This document shows, piece after piece, positions 56,370 to 64,000 of a DNA stretch of 64,000 nt. The stretch is taken from positions 62,001-126,000 of IMG/VR virus record IMGVR_UViG_3300017786_003484; one strand, written 5' to 3'. The notes beneath the pieces are model-generated. The model had not been told where the DNA came from and ran no database searches. It saw nothing but the letters and a program-made list of their open reading frames with translations. A program made the translations under genes and the position numbers. The first letter of the stretch is position 1, and the number at the start of each line of letters is the position of its first letter.

Positions 56370-56400
56370 CGAGGAGCCCAACGGTTAGGCTCCACTTTTC
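56370..56400 (+). terminator. Probable intrinsic terminator
   Basis: GGAGCC-CAACGGTTA-GGCTCC-ACTTTTC. Confidence 0.5.
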
Positions 56401-56419
56401 TTAACAGCTATATATTAAC

Positions 56420-57058
56420 ATGCTATCAACATATGCAAATAAACAAAATACTCATCTTGTAATAGATACAACAACTAATGGAATATTAATTGCAGTACAT
56501 AGCAACGTTGTTGCGAATGCAATATGTTTTAAAATATTGAATACAGAAGCAATGTCTATTAGGCTAGTAGATTTCAACGAGGAAATAAATCCATTGCTTA
56601 AACCACAGTTTAATGAGTCTAGTAATTTTATATTAACTAAAGTTGGACACAACTTAACACCTCAATCAACAGCAAATGTTGGACAACTTGTAAAAAGTAC
56701 AGATGGCAATGGCCGTTTTGGTGTAGCTAAAATGTCTGAAGTAACAGATGAGTGGATAGCATTAAGAAAGAAAGCACATAATATCAAAGAAGTTATAGCA
56801 AGTAGCGATCTTCGAGTTCTTAGATCAGCAACACCGAGCAAAAAGTTCTTTGGAGACACTATTACCTTTCCTTTTATTAAAAAAGAACTTGATAAATGTA
56901 ATCCACAGGAAGATCAATACACAGATGCTATTCGAGAATGGGCAAATATAGTAAATGTTCCTGTAAAAAAAGGATTTGAAATGCTATCAGCAGAAAGCAA
57001 TAATATTACTCATTTGGTTAATAATTCAAGAATATTTTGGAGTAAAAAATGTCTTTAA
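56420..57058 (+). CDS. Hypothetical protein, paralog of 58079-58798
   Basis: Shares ML.T..N..N..LID and EL.KC.P.EDQYT...EWA with the 58079 ORF. Confidence 0.7.
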   Translation: MLSTYANKQNTHLVIDTTTNGILIAVHSNVVANAICFKILNTEAMSIRLVDFNEEINPLLKPQFNESSNFILTKVGHNLTPQSTANVGQLVKSTDGNGRFGVAKMSEVTDEWIALRKKAHNIKEVIASSDLRVLRSATPSKKFFGDTITFPFIKKELDKCNPQEDQYTDAIREWANIVNVPVKKGFEMLSAESNNITHLVNNSRIFWSKKCL

Positions 57059-58086
57059 ATTATGCTTTTAGTACTAAATTAAAACATGGTAGTGAATATG
57101 CTAAGAAAGACATTGCTGTTTTTCGTTCTCTTTATCATATGGATCCAGATCCATTTTTAGTTGATAGAACTGACTCTGTGGTCTTTCCTTTCTCAGAAAA
57201 CAATTATTTTCCAATGATACAACCGTTATCTAATGTTATGAGTTGGGAAGAATGTACAAAAGAGAGAGTTGAAGAACTAATATCCTTTGACAAAGAACTT
57301 TATGTTATGTGGAGCGGAGGAATAGATAGTACATTAATGCTTTTATCTTTTATGAAATATAGTAATATGAATAATGTTACAATAGTTTTAAACATGGACT
57401 CAATTAAAGAATATCCTTATTTTTATAAAAGGTTTATAGCTCAATGTAATTATAAATTACTGTCAACTGAACAATTAATGAATAATGCATTGCTAAATGA
57501 CATCAATGGATTAATAGTATCAGCCGAACATGCTGATCAGTTAGTTGGATCTCCTTTGGCTCAGTTACTTGCAACAACATCAGGTAGAACAATGCTTGGT
57601 CTTCCATTTGATGAAGAAAATTTCAGCAAATTTTTAACAAACTTAAATGTTCCAGTACATCATATTGATACAATAATGGAACTCTATAACATTAGTATTA
57701 AAAACAGTCCTCGTCCAATTAAGAATATGTGGGATCTCTGTTGGTGGCATGGATTTAACTTTAAATGGCAAACCATCTACATGAAACTGGCTATTAGAAT
57801 AAAAAATCCTTTGAATCTTTTAACTTTCTACTCTTCGGTAAACTTTCAAAATACCAGTATACACCAAGAAGGTAATACACTTGATCTAAAGAAAGTTTTT
57901 AAAGATATAATCGTTAATTATACCGAAGATACTGAATACCTAAGAAAAGAAAAATTTGCATCTTCAACATTATATTATGGACTAACCTCTTCGACAGGAT
58001 TAGACAAAAATTGGAATAAAATTAATGTTGATATGATTGAATACTATAATAAAGATAACACTATAAAGGAAATAATGAATGCTTGA
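57049..58086 (+). CDS. PP-loop ATP pyrophosphatase (asparagine-synthetase C-domain-like, no glutaminase domain)
   Basis: VMWSGGIDST PP-loop; IVSAEHADQLVG resembles AsnB GeGaDelFgG. Confidence 0.8.
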   Translation: MSLNYAFSTKLKHGSEYAKKDIAVFRSLYHMDPDPFLVDRTDSVVFPFSENNYFPMIQPLSNVMSWEECTKERVEELISFDKELYVMWSGGIDSTLMLLSFMKYSNMNNVTIVLNMDSIKEYPYFYKRFIAQCNYKLLSTEQLMNNALLNDINGLIVSAEHADQLVGSPLAQLLATTSGRTMLGLPFDEENFSKFLTNLNVPVHHIDTIMELYNISIKNSPRPIKNMWDLCWWHGFNFKWQTIYMKLAIRIKNPLNLLTFYSSVNFQNTSIHQEGNTLDLKKVFKDIIVNYTEDTEYLRKEKFASSTLYYGLTSSTGLDKNWNKINVDMIEYYNKDNTIKEIMNA

Positions 58087-58798
58087 TACTTTTAGCAATA
58101 GAAAAAATGTTACAATGATGCTTATAGACCAAGAAGATTTCAGTATATTAACTGTTACATCAAGTGTCTCGGTACTTAATGCATTGTCAGAAGGTTTTGA
58201 TAACTCTGTACCTGTACTTGGAAGAATAACAAATCCTGATGCGTTAAAAGCACTAAGAACTTATAATCAATCAGCTTCTCAAGCTCTGTTAGCAAATGTT
58301 GGACTTGATGATCTAACTCAAGAAATTGAAACCAAAGCAAATTGGGACACGATTGGACTAACACCAATTAGCTTTGGCTTAAAGCCAATGAACGAAAAAA
58401 CAGAAGGGTTTGTATTAAAAAGAAAGATTGCAAATAGAAGACAAAATGTACTGTCTCAAATTGAATCTAAATTAGAACGTTATGCTAGTCGAGTTATTAA
58501 TTCTTCTCTTGATGATATTTTTATTCCTTATATGTCAAACGAACTTAGTAAATGTAAACCAGATGAAGACCAATATACCAATCCTGTAATTGAATGGGCA
58601 ATAGCATCAGGTTTAGATGTAAAACAAGCATATCATGAGTTAAGCATGGTAACAAGTTCTGCTAATTTAACTACTATGCGTCTTCATGCTCATTGGAGGT
58701 TCTTTGTAAATCAAGTTAATAAGCTCGACTTTCAAGTTGACGGAATACTAGAAAAAGTTATTGCTGATGCTGAACTAAAACTTAGGTCTGGGCTATAA
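58079..58798 (+). CDS. Hypothetical protein, paralog of 56420-57058
   Basis: ELSKCKPDEDQYTNPVIEWA vs ELDKCNPQEDQYTDAIREWA. Confidence 0.7.
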   Translation: MLDTFSNRKNVTMMLIDQEDFSILTVTSSVSVLNALSEGFDNSVPVLGRITNPDALKALRTYNQSASQALLANVGLDDLTQEIETKANWDTIGLTPISFGLKPMNEKTEGFVLKRKIANRRQNVLSQIESKLERYASRVINSSLDDIFIPYMSNELSKCKPDEDQYTNPVIEWAIASGLDVKQAYHELSMVTSSANLTTMRLHAHWRFFVNQVNKLDFQVDGILEKVIADAELKLRSGL

Positions 58799-58823
58799 AC
58801 GGATAAAAATCACAAAAAAAAGG

Positions 58824-58852
58824 TTGACTATTGGATACAGTTATGTTATATT
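58824..58852 (+). promoter_or_regulatory. Early promoter of the AAAGGTTGAC family
   Basis: A-tract-GG-TTGACT-17 nt-TATATT. Confidence 0.65.
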
Positions 58853-58901
58853 AGTAACATAGTTAGAAAGACTCTAACTACTTTTGATAAAAGGAAATTA
58901 A

Positions 58902-59198
58902 ATGTCAAAATCTACAACGTCAATCAGATCATTCGATCTAGAAACGAAGCAAGGCAAACTTTTTAACGCATTGGTTATTGAAAAGCAGGCCCTAACAAAG
59001 TCAGCAATTAAGAATAGATTCGGTATTGCTAATCCAACAGCGACTGTTTCTAACATTCGTCAAAGAGGATATGCTATCTATGCAAACCAACGTAAAGCCG
59101 GTAATGGCGTACATGTAACTGAGTATTCACACGGTGCTCCGTCACGTCGTATGGTTGCTTTGGCCTATAAGGCTCAGGGAATGGGTATTACTGTTTAA
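58902..59198 (+). CDS. Winged-helix DNA-binding protein
   Basis: LTKSAIKNRFGIANPTATVSNIRQRGYAIY HTH-wing pattern. Confidence 0.65.
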   Translation: MSKSTTSIRSFDLETKQGKLFNALVIEKQALTKSAIKNRFGIANPTATVSNIRQRGYAIYANQRKAGNGVHVTEYSHGAPSRRMVALAYKAQGMGITV

Positions 59199-59221
59199 TC
59201 AGTAGTTTCTAAAACTGACTA

Positions 59222-59249
59222 AAAATAGGGGGAGAAATCCCCCTATTTT
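59222..59249 (+). terminator. Intrinsic (possibly bidirectional) terminator
   Basis: AAAATAGGGGGA-GAAA-TCCCCCTATTTT. Confidence 0.88.
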
Positions 59250-59295
59250 CTTGACATAAATATCAGGCATTGAATGCAAGAAAGAGAGTATACAC

Positions 59296-60156
59296 ATGTC
59301 AAAACGTATCCTAATTATGGGATTACCAGGATCTGGAAAAACAACTTTAGCTGAGAAGTTAAAAACTTATATAGAGGCAGAAGCCGGTATAAGTTCAGCA
59401 CCATTAGATAAACAAATTAGAGTAATTGAATCTCCTAAACTAGACGAATATAAATGTACAGTAGATTGGTTCAACGCAGACGAAATCCGTAAGAAGTTTG
59501 ACGACTGGGATTTTAGTCATACTGGACGCATTAGACAAAGTATTCGTATGTTTGATTTATCTCAAGAATCAGATGCTGATTTTGTTATTTGCGACTTTGT
59601 TGCACCGTTAGTAGAAATGAGAAACAATTTTAAAGCAGATTGGACAATTTGGATTGATACAATTAAAGAAGGTAGATATGAAGATACCAATAAAGCATTT
59701 ATTGAACCTGAGGTATATGACTTCCGTGTACCAGAACAAGATTGTGAAAAATGGGCTAGATATATTTGCGACAGAATTGTAAAAGATGAAAGAAGACCTA
59801 TGTTTGACTGGAGGAAAGAAACAGTACAGATGCTAGGCCGTTGGCAACCATGGCATGATGGACATCGTGCATTATTTGAAAGACTAATTCAACGTACAGG
59901 ACAGGTTGTAATACAAATTAGAGATGTACAAGGATGGGAAGGTTCTAATCCTTTTGAAATTGATCAAGTTAAACGTTTTATTAAAGCAGACTTAGATCCA
60001 TTGTACCAAGGACAATATGAAATTCAGATTGTTCCTAATATTGTACATATTGGCTGGGGTAGAGGTGTAGGTTATACGTCAGGAGAAGAAACCTTTGACG
60101 AATCAGTAACAGAAATTTCTGCAACTAATATTAGAAAAGGAATGGGACTAAAGTAG
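59296..60156 (+). CDS. Adenylylsulfate-kinase-like P-loop domain fused to a HIGH-motif nucleotidyltransferase domain
   Basis: IMGLPGSGKTT, NADEIR, DFS..GR.RQ, ICDFVAP (CysC-like); C-terminal GRWQPWHDGH. Confidence 0.8.
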   Translation: MSKRILIMGLPGSGKTTLAEKLKTYIEAEAGISSAPLDKQIRVIESPKLDEYKCTVDWFNADEIRKKFDDWDFSHTGRIRQSIRMFDLSQESDADFVICDFVAPLVEMRNNFKADWTIWIDTIKEGRYEDTNKAFIEPEVYDFRVPEQDCEKWARYICDRIVKDERRPMFDWRKETVQMLGRWQPWHDGHRALFERLIQRTGQVVIQIRDVQGWEGSNPFEIDQVKRFIKADLDPLYQGQYEIQIVPNIVHIGWGRGVGYTSGEETFDESVTEISATNIRKGMGLK

Positions 60157-60157
60157 A

Positions 60158-60412
60158 CTAACGTCTTTTCTTTTTATTAGAAACTAAGGCGTGTTGTTCT
60201 AGTGCCTCACGTCTTAGTTTTTCTATATCATCTTCTTTTGAAAATTTAGGCTTTTCTCTCATGCTTAATTGAGCATGAAATTTCTTTTTAACTGGTTCAG
60301 GGTCCTCTACGTTTCTTATAAGCATGGTTATGGCTTTGTAGCCGTCGCCCATAAAGATTAATTTATTATCTTTGTATAATAATGTTTTAGAAGAGGTTTC
60401 TTGGTTTATCAT
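60158..60412 (-). CDS. Hypothetical protein
   Basis: Likely start ATG 60412 (MINQETS); the longer track start overlaps the Cys-rich ORF. Confidence 0.6.
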   Translation of the reverse strand: MINQETSSKTLLYKDNKLIFMGDGYKAITMLIRNVEDPEPVKKKFHAQLSMREKPKFSKEDDIEKLRREALEQHALVSNKKKRR

Positions 60413-60419
60413 AAAATTT

Positions 60420-60551
60420 TCATGTACGAATATTGTCATCTTTACACTCGCATTTTTGGCATACATCATTAGGACAAGTTTGACATTCTGGTGAATAGCA
60501 ATGACACCTGCATTTACATTTACTACAATATCTTTCTGGACTACCTGTCAT
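60420..60551 (-). CDS. Metallothionein-like Cys-rich peptide (43 aa; not in ORF track)
   Basis: MTGSPERYCSKCKCRCHCYSPECQTCPNDVCQKCECKDDNIRT: 10 Cys + 1 His; SD GGAGAG; fills the gap in the - strand operon. Confidence 0.75.
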   Translation of the reverse strand: MTGSPERYCSKCKCRCHCYSPECQTCPNDVCQKCECKDDNIRT

Positions 60552-60559
60552 GTACTCTC

Positions 60560-60889
60560 CTACTTTTTGCCTATTGAATTTAAACTATCCATAACATTAT
60601 CGATATTTGGCTCCTTGCTATTTGGATTATACACACATTTATATTGCTTTGGACAATTCTGATCAAACATTAATTCGTAAGTTTTGTTACCGCCTTTGTA
60701 TATACATGCTTGTTGTCCACTTCTTGACTGGATAATCTTTGCTAGTCGGCAGGTTGTCATACTAGGCGGTATTATATCTCCTCTTTGAATCTTTTGTTGA
60801 CGAGTATAATCTTTTTTACTACCATATGTTTTTGCTCCTGCGATTGCAATACTTGGAATCAACAATAACATTACTATATATTTAATCAT
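60560..60889 (-). CDS. Exported small protein with four Cys
   Basis: Signal MIKYIVMLLLIPSIAIA; TCRL...ACIY...CPKQYKC. Confidence 0.7.
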   Translation of the reverse strand: MIKYIVMLLLIPSIAIAGAKTYGSKKDYTRQQKIQRGDIIPPSMTTCRLAKIIQSRSGQQACIYKGGNKTYELMFDQNCPKQYKCVYNPNSKEPNIDNVMDSLNSIGKK

Positions 60890-61106
60890 ATAATTTTACT
60901 CTCTTTGGGTCAATTAAAGAAGGTTCGCATACAGCAGTATATGATCTTCTTTTTGGTACATCTTCACCAGCAGTTCTATTAGGAACTGCTGGTTGTTGAT
61001 TCAATCTACTTGCAAAATATTTGCAATCGTCTATGTTGCGAAAGTACATATCATTGCTAACTATTTGAGTACCTAAGTAAACAGTTAACAAGAATGCATG
61101 AATCAT
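60882..61106 (-). CDS. Small Cys-pair protein
   Basis: MIHAFLLTVYLG...FRNIDDC...AVCEP. Confidence 0.65.
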   Translation of the reverse strand: MIHAFLLTVYLGTQIVSNDMYFRNIDDCKYFASRLNQQPAVPNRTAGEDVPKRRSYTAVCEPSLIDPKRVKLYD

Positions 61107-61573
61107 TATAAGTTTATCACCGCAACAACAAGTATGCCAATGACAACCATAGCAGATAATATAACAAATCCAATTAACTTTAGATTTTCAAGTAGCTCTG
61201 CACTTTCTTTTGCCTTCTTTTTACGTCTAACTAATTCTGCTTCTTTTGCGGCCTGTATTCTATTTGCTCGTTCCTGAATGATACCTGCCCATGTTCCAGG
61301 ACCAAATCTTAAATTAATCATATTTGCTACCTCTTGCATCTGCTCTTGTGCAATTTTAGCATCTATTGTTTCTCTTGCTATATTACTTGTACTAAATTGG
61401 TCTGCTATAGAGATGTTTCCACTTCTTTTGGAATTCATCTGACTATTTCCTTCGAACATTTTGTCAATGGCATCAGCTATATCGCCTATGTCTTTACATG
61501 TTTCTATTTGGTCCTTAATGAATGATACACTCTGTTTGACCAAAGCGATGCCTGCTAGTGTTTCCGCTATCAT
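61106..61573 (-). CDS. Membrane-anchored hypothetical protein
   Basis: ETLAGIALVK N-terminus, FGPGTW, C-terminal TM IGFVILSAMVVIGILVVAVI; TAAATA on - strand at 61631-61636. Confidence 0.7.
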   Translation of the reverse strand: MIAETLAGIALVKQSVSFIKDQIETCKDIGDIADAIDKMFEGNSQMNSKRSGNISIADQFSTSNIARETIDAKIAQEQMQEVANMINLRFGPGTWAGIIQERANRIQAAKEAELVRRKKKAKESAELLENLKLIGFVILSAMVVIGILVVAVINL

Positions 61574-61780
61574 TACAACTCTCCTTTCTATTGAGAAGAG
61601 ACATTTTACAAACTGTCTGGATATTACATGTATTTAACAAAACAGGCCCAATTTTTATACTTTAGGTACGACAATACCTGTTATAAACTTATAAGTATAT
61701 GGTTGGTTAAGCAAACTGGCGAGCAGTTTTGTATTTTAACTAATACTCAAATCCTATAATAGGAAATAAAGGAAAAATCA

Positions 61781-62683
61781 ATGAAGATATTACCCTTAGC
61801 CACGATCGCAGTATTCGTGGGCATCTTTACGGCGAATGCTGGTGAAAAACTAGCACTTCCGTCTACAGAAGGTGTAGACATTACAACATATGGTGAAGTC
61901 CGAGCATATGTTGAAACTTCGACTGTTAATGATGTTGATACAGCAATTAAAACATCAGACAGTAAAATAGGACTAAAATTTAAGACTAAAGAACCAGTAT
62001 ATGTCTTTGGAGAAATGTCAGCTAATGTTGATCTATCCTCAGACGGAGCAGACGATGTAACAACTCGGTTTGGTTATATTGGCGTAGGTACCAATGCATT
62101 GGGAGAAATTTCACTTGGACGTACAATGAGCATTATGGATTCATTTGTTGATAAAGCAGATGTGTTTATGGGTGCAGGAAATCAAGGAGTTCAGAAGACT
62201 CCTTTTACTATGAATAACAGTTTGAAGTATACTGGTAGTTTTAGCGGAGTCGATGTTGGCTTTCAAACACAAATGACTGATGATGCACAAGACCATGACT
62301 TGGATTTATATCAAATTGGTTTAGGCTACAAAGGCATTGGTGTTGCATATGCAAGAGATGAAATTAATTCATCTGACTACTATGGCTTGGGTGTTTCTCA
62401 AAAGTTTGGAAAAATTGGAGCATATGCTAGTGTATCGGTATTAGATGATGATACACAAGCAAATGATGCAGTTGGATATGAACTTGCTGGTTCATATGAT
62501 TTAAACGAAAAACTAACACTACAAGGCGGTTGGCAAGATACTGATGTTACATCAGATGACGGTAACTTGACAATTGAATCACAGTATGAGATTGCAACTC
62601 AATCAGTATTTTTTACTAATATTGATTATGACTTAACAACAGAAGATGCAACTCTTCGAACAGGTCTTAGCTTTACATTCTAA
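61781..62683 (+). CDS. Gram-negative outer-membrane porin
   Basis: Signal peptide, ITTYGEVR, SKIGLK, RFGYIG..T..LGEISLGR, NSLKYTGSFSG, alternating beta strands, C-terminal Phe (LSFTF). Confidence 0.9.
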   Translation: MKILPLATIAVFVGIFTANAGEKLALPSTEGVDITTYGEVRAYVETSTVNDVDTAIKTSDSKIGLKFKTKEPVYVFGEMSANVDLSSDGADDVTTRFGYIGVGTNALGEISLGRTMSIMDSFVDKADVFMGAGNQGVQKTPFTMNNSLKYTGSFSGVDVGFQTQMTDDAQDHDLDLYQIGLGYKGIGVAYARDEINSSDYYGLGVSQKFGKIGAYASVSVLDDDTQANDAVGYELAGSYDLNEKLTLQGGWQDTDVTSDDGNLTIESQYEIATQSVFFTNIDYDLTTEDATLRTGLSFTF

Positions 62684-62748
62684 GCTAGTTTTGAATACTT
62701 ACCCTCCTCTAGTAATGATATATAATATTATATAGAGGAGGGTAAAGT

Positions 62749-63471
62749 TTGCCACTAATAGAGCAATATCCTAATTATAAATTCTTAGAAACCGTGTTTA
62801 GACTCGGACATCTAGATAAACTCAAAAAAGCATTTTATGACAGCAAGCCAGTATGGAACCAAAGAGCAACAAAAACATTCTTTGCTGATTGCGGCTGGTA
62901 TAAGTATCCTTATTGTTGTTTCGTTCCTGGTTATGAAGAATTAAATGCTCCAAACGTTATTGGTTTACTGCAATCTGAGATATACAATGCAACAGTTAAC
63001 ATTGTTAAAGAACTGTGGGTAGCACTATATAAAGAAACTGACGAAGAATGGATGCCTTTCGGAGCAGAACTTAACTTAGTAAATCCTGGCAGGAAAATTC
63101 AACCTCACACAGATAATCATTTCTATAGCAATTATGCAACTAGATGTCATGTTGTATTAGAAACTAATAGTAATGTAGAATTTACATTTGGAAACAACGA
63201 ATCACCAACATTTAATGTAGGACATTCTTTTATTTTCAACAATAAAAGAAGGCACGAAATATGCAATTTTGGAAGCACAAACAGAGTTCATTTAGTAGTA
63301 GATTTTTTACCCAAGAACATATTTCCTTATACAGAAAGAACTCTTGCTCCGTTTGGTACTGACAACTCGTGTCATATCATTAATACTATACGTTCAAGAG
63401 ATCATCCTTTGCATAATAAATATGTAGACTATGTTGATAATATACCTATACCTAAAAGAAAAACTATATGA
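62749..63471 (+). CDS. Aspartyl/asparaginyl beta-hydroxylase-like 2OG-Fe(II) oxygenase
   Basis: PGRKIQPHTD, RCHVVL.TN, FNNKRRHEI.N.G...RVHLVVD; TTG start with SD GAGGAGG. Confidence 0.8.
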   Translation: MPLIEQYPNYKFLETVFRLGHLDKLKKAFYDSKPVWNQRATKTFFADCGWYKYPYCCFVPGYEELNAPNVIGLLQSEIYNATVNIVKELWVALYKETDEEWMPFGAELNLVNPGRKIQPHTDNHFYSNYATRCHVVLETNSNVEFTFGNNESPTFNVGHSFIFNNKRRHEICNFGSTNRVHLVVDFLPKNIFPYTERTLAPFGTDNSCHIINTIRSRDHPLHNKYVDYVDNIPIPKRKTI

Positions 63472-64000
63472 TTTCAGACAATGTTAATCAACCTGTTCAG
63501 GCACATCCTGAATATTTTATCCCTCTAAATTTAACACTACCTCAAGTAGATATCGAAGCACTTAAAGGCGGCATTATTGCTGATTTAAGCGTCAAGCACA
63601 AGGATAGCGATAGATTATGGTTTAATACTGCTATCGCATCTGGTAATCCATTAGAAGAAACGCAGAGAGTAGCAAATGATTTCTTAGAACAATATAATCT
63701 TGAGGCAAGTACTATGGGAATATTTGTTGTTAATGCTAATACATACGATTGGAATATACATAGCGATTCTCAACTTTTAGAAACTAGATTAAATTTTTAT
63801 GAGCTAACAACGGCACCTGGAATAGTAAGATGGTTTCCGGATACAAATGATGGGTATGAAGAGATACATAAAAATATAGAAGGCAATGAATTTGTTGACT
63901 ATGTATGGCCCTGGGTAATAGAATTCAAGCAACAACATAGAGATTGGAGCAAAGTACCACCGGCTATTTGGTCAACTTCTACATCTTGCACTAGTGCATT
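63468..64000 (+). CDS. Probable 2OG-Fe(II)/cupin-like protein (runs off right edge; not in ORF track)
   Basis: ATGA overlap with previous stop; frame open to the window end; WNIHSDSQLLETRLNFY (HxD...R.N). Confidence 0.65.
   Translation, partial: MISDNVNQPVQAHPEYFIPLNLTLPQVDIEALKGGIIADLSVKHKDSDRLWFNTAIASGNPLEETQRVANDFLEQYNLEASTMGIFVVNANTYDWNIHSDSQLLETRLNFYELTTAPGIVRWFPDTNDGYEEIHKNIEGNEFVDYVWPWVIEFKQQHRDWSKVPPAIWSTSTSCTSA

Noticed and set aside
57035-57058. Programmed -1 frameshift fusing 56420 to the PP-loop gene at AGT AAA AAA TGT
   Set aside because: Not a canonical X XXY YYZ heptamer in frame; GGAG 6 nt before ATG 57049 explains ordinary coupled initiation.
1-64000. Stop-codon reassignment as seen in some jumbo phages
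   Set aside because: Conserved genes are full length in the standard code, and TAA, TAG and TGA all end genes at expected positions.
46045-64000. Host chromosomal DNA mis-joined to the phage contig
   Set aside because: Same AT-richness, phage-type promoters and typical phage hypothetical genes are interleaved throughout; read-level confirmation is still advisable.

Overview
This 64 kb, AT-rich window is part of a large T4-related myovirus genome. Its gene set and order resemble Rak2/GAP32-type jumbo phages, and it probably infects a marine alphaproteobacterium. That host is inferred from a circularly permuted tmRNA with an ANDN...ALAA tag and a GGCAGUA T-loop. From 1 to 16.7 kb are neck, tail and packaging genes (gp15, gp14, gp13, gp18 sheath, gp19 tube, gp4, small and large terminase). 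From 17.5 to 30.7 kb are replication and recombination genes (gp32, UvsX, UvsY, AAA ATPase, UvsW, gp62-like, a 194-aa mini-DnaE, primase, DnaB helicase). From 30.6 to 38.9 kb is a cassette of probable internal head proteins, including a KxDG ligase-like protein and a very basic protein. From 39 to 46 kb are an exonuclease, nrdAB, a PAAR protein and a baseplate-region gene. From 46 to 64 kb is a host-metabolism island: NqrM-like peptide, complete TRAP transporter plus two signal-less DctP paralogs, cold-shock protein, Rieske-less ring-hydroxylating oxygenase subunit, tmRNA, 2OG-Fe(II) oxygenases, a PP-loop module, an APS-kinase/nucleotidyltransferase fusion, a metallothionein-like peptide and a porin. 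The most striking observation is a ~61-codon ORF filling the 199-nt intervening segment of the two-piece tmRNA. Its stop codon lies inside the mature tmRNA 5' end, so tmRNA processing would turn it into a non-stop mRNA. Several real-looking ORFs are missing from the supplied track (Nudix, NqrM-like, tmRNA-embedded ORF, metallothionein-like, terminal oxygenase). All family assignments are from motif recognition by eye; no searches were run.
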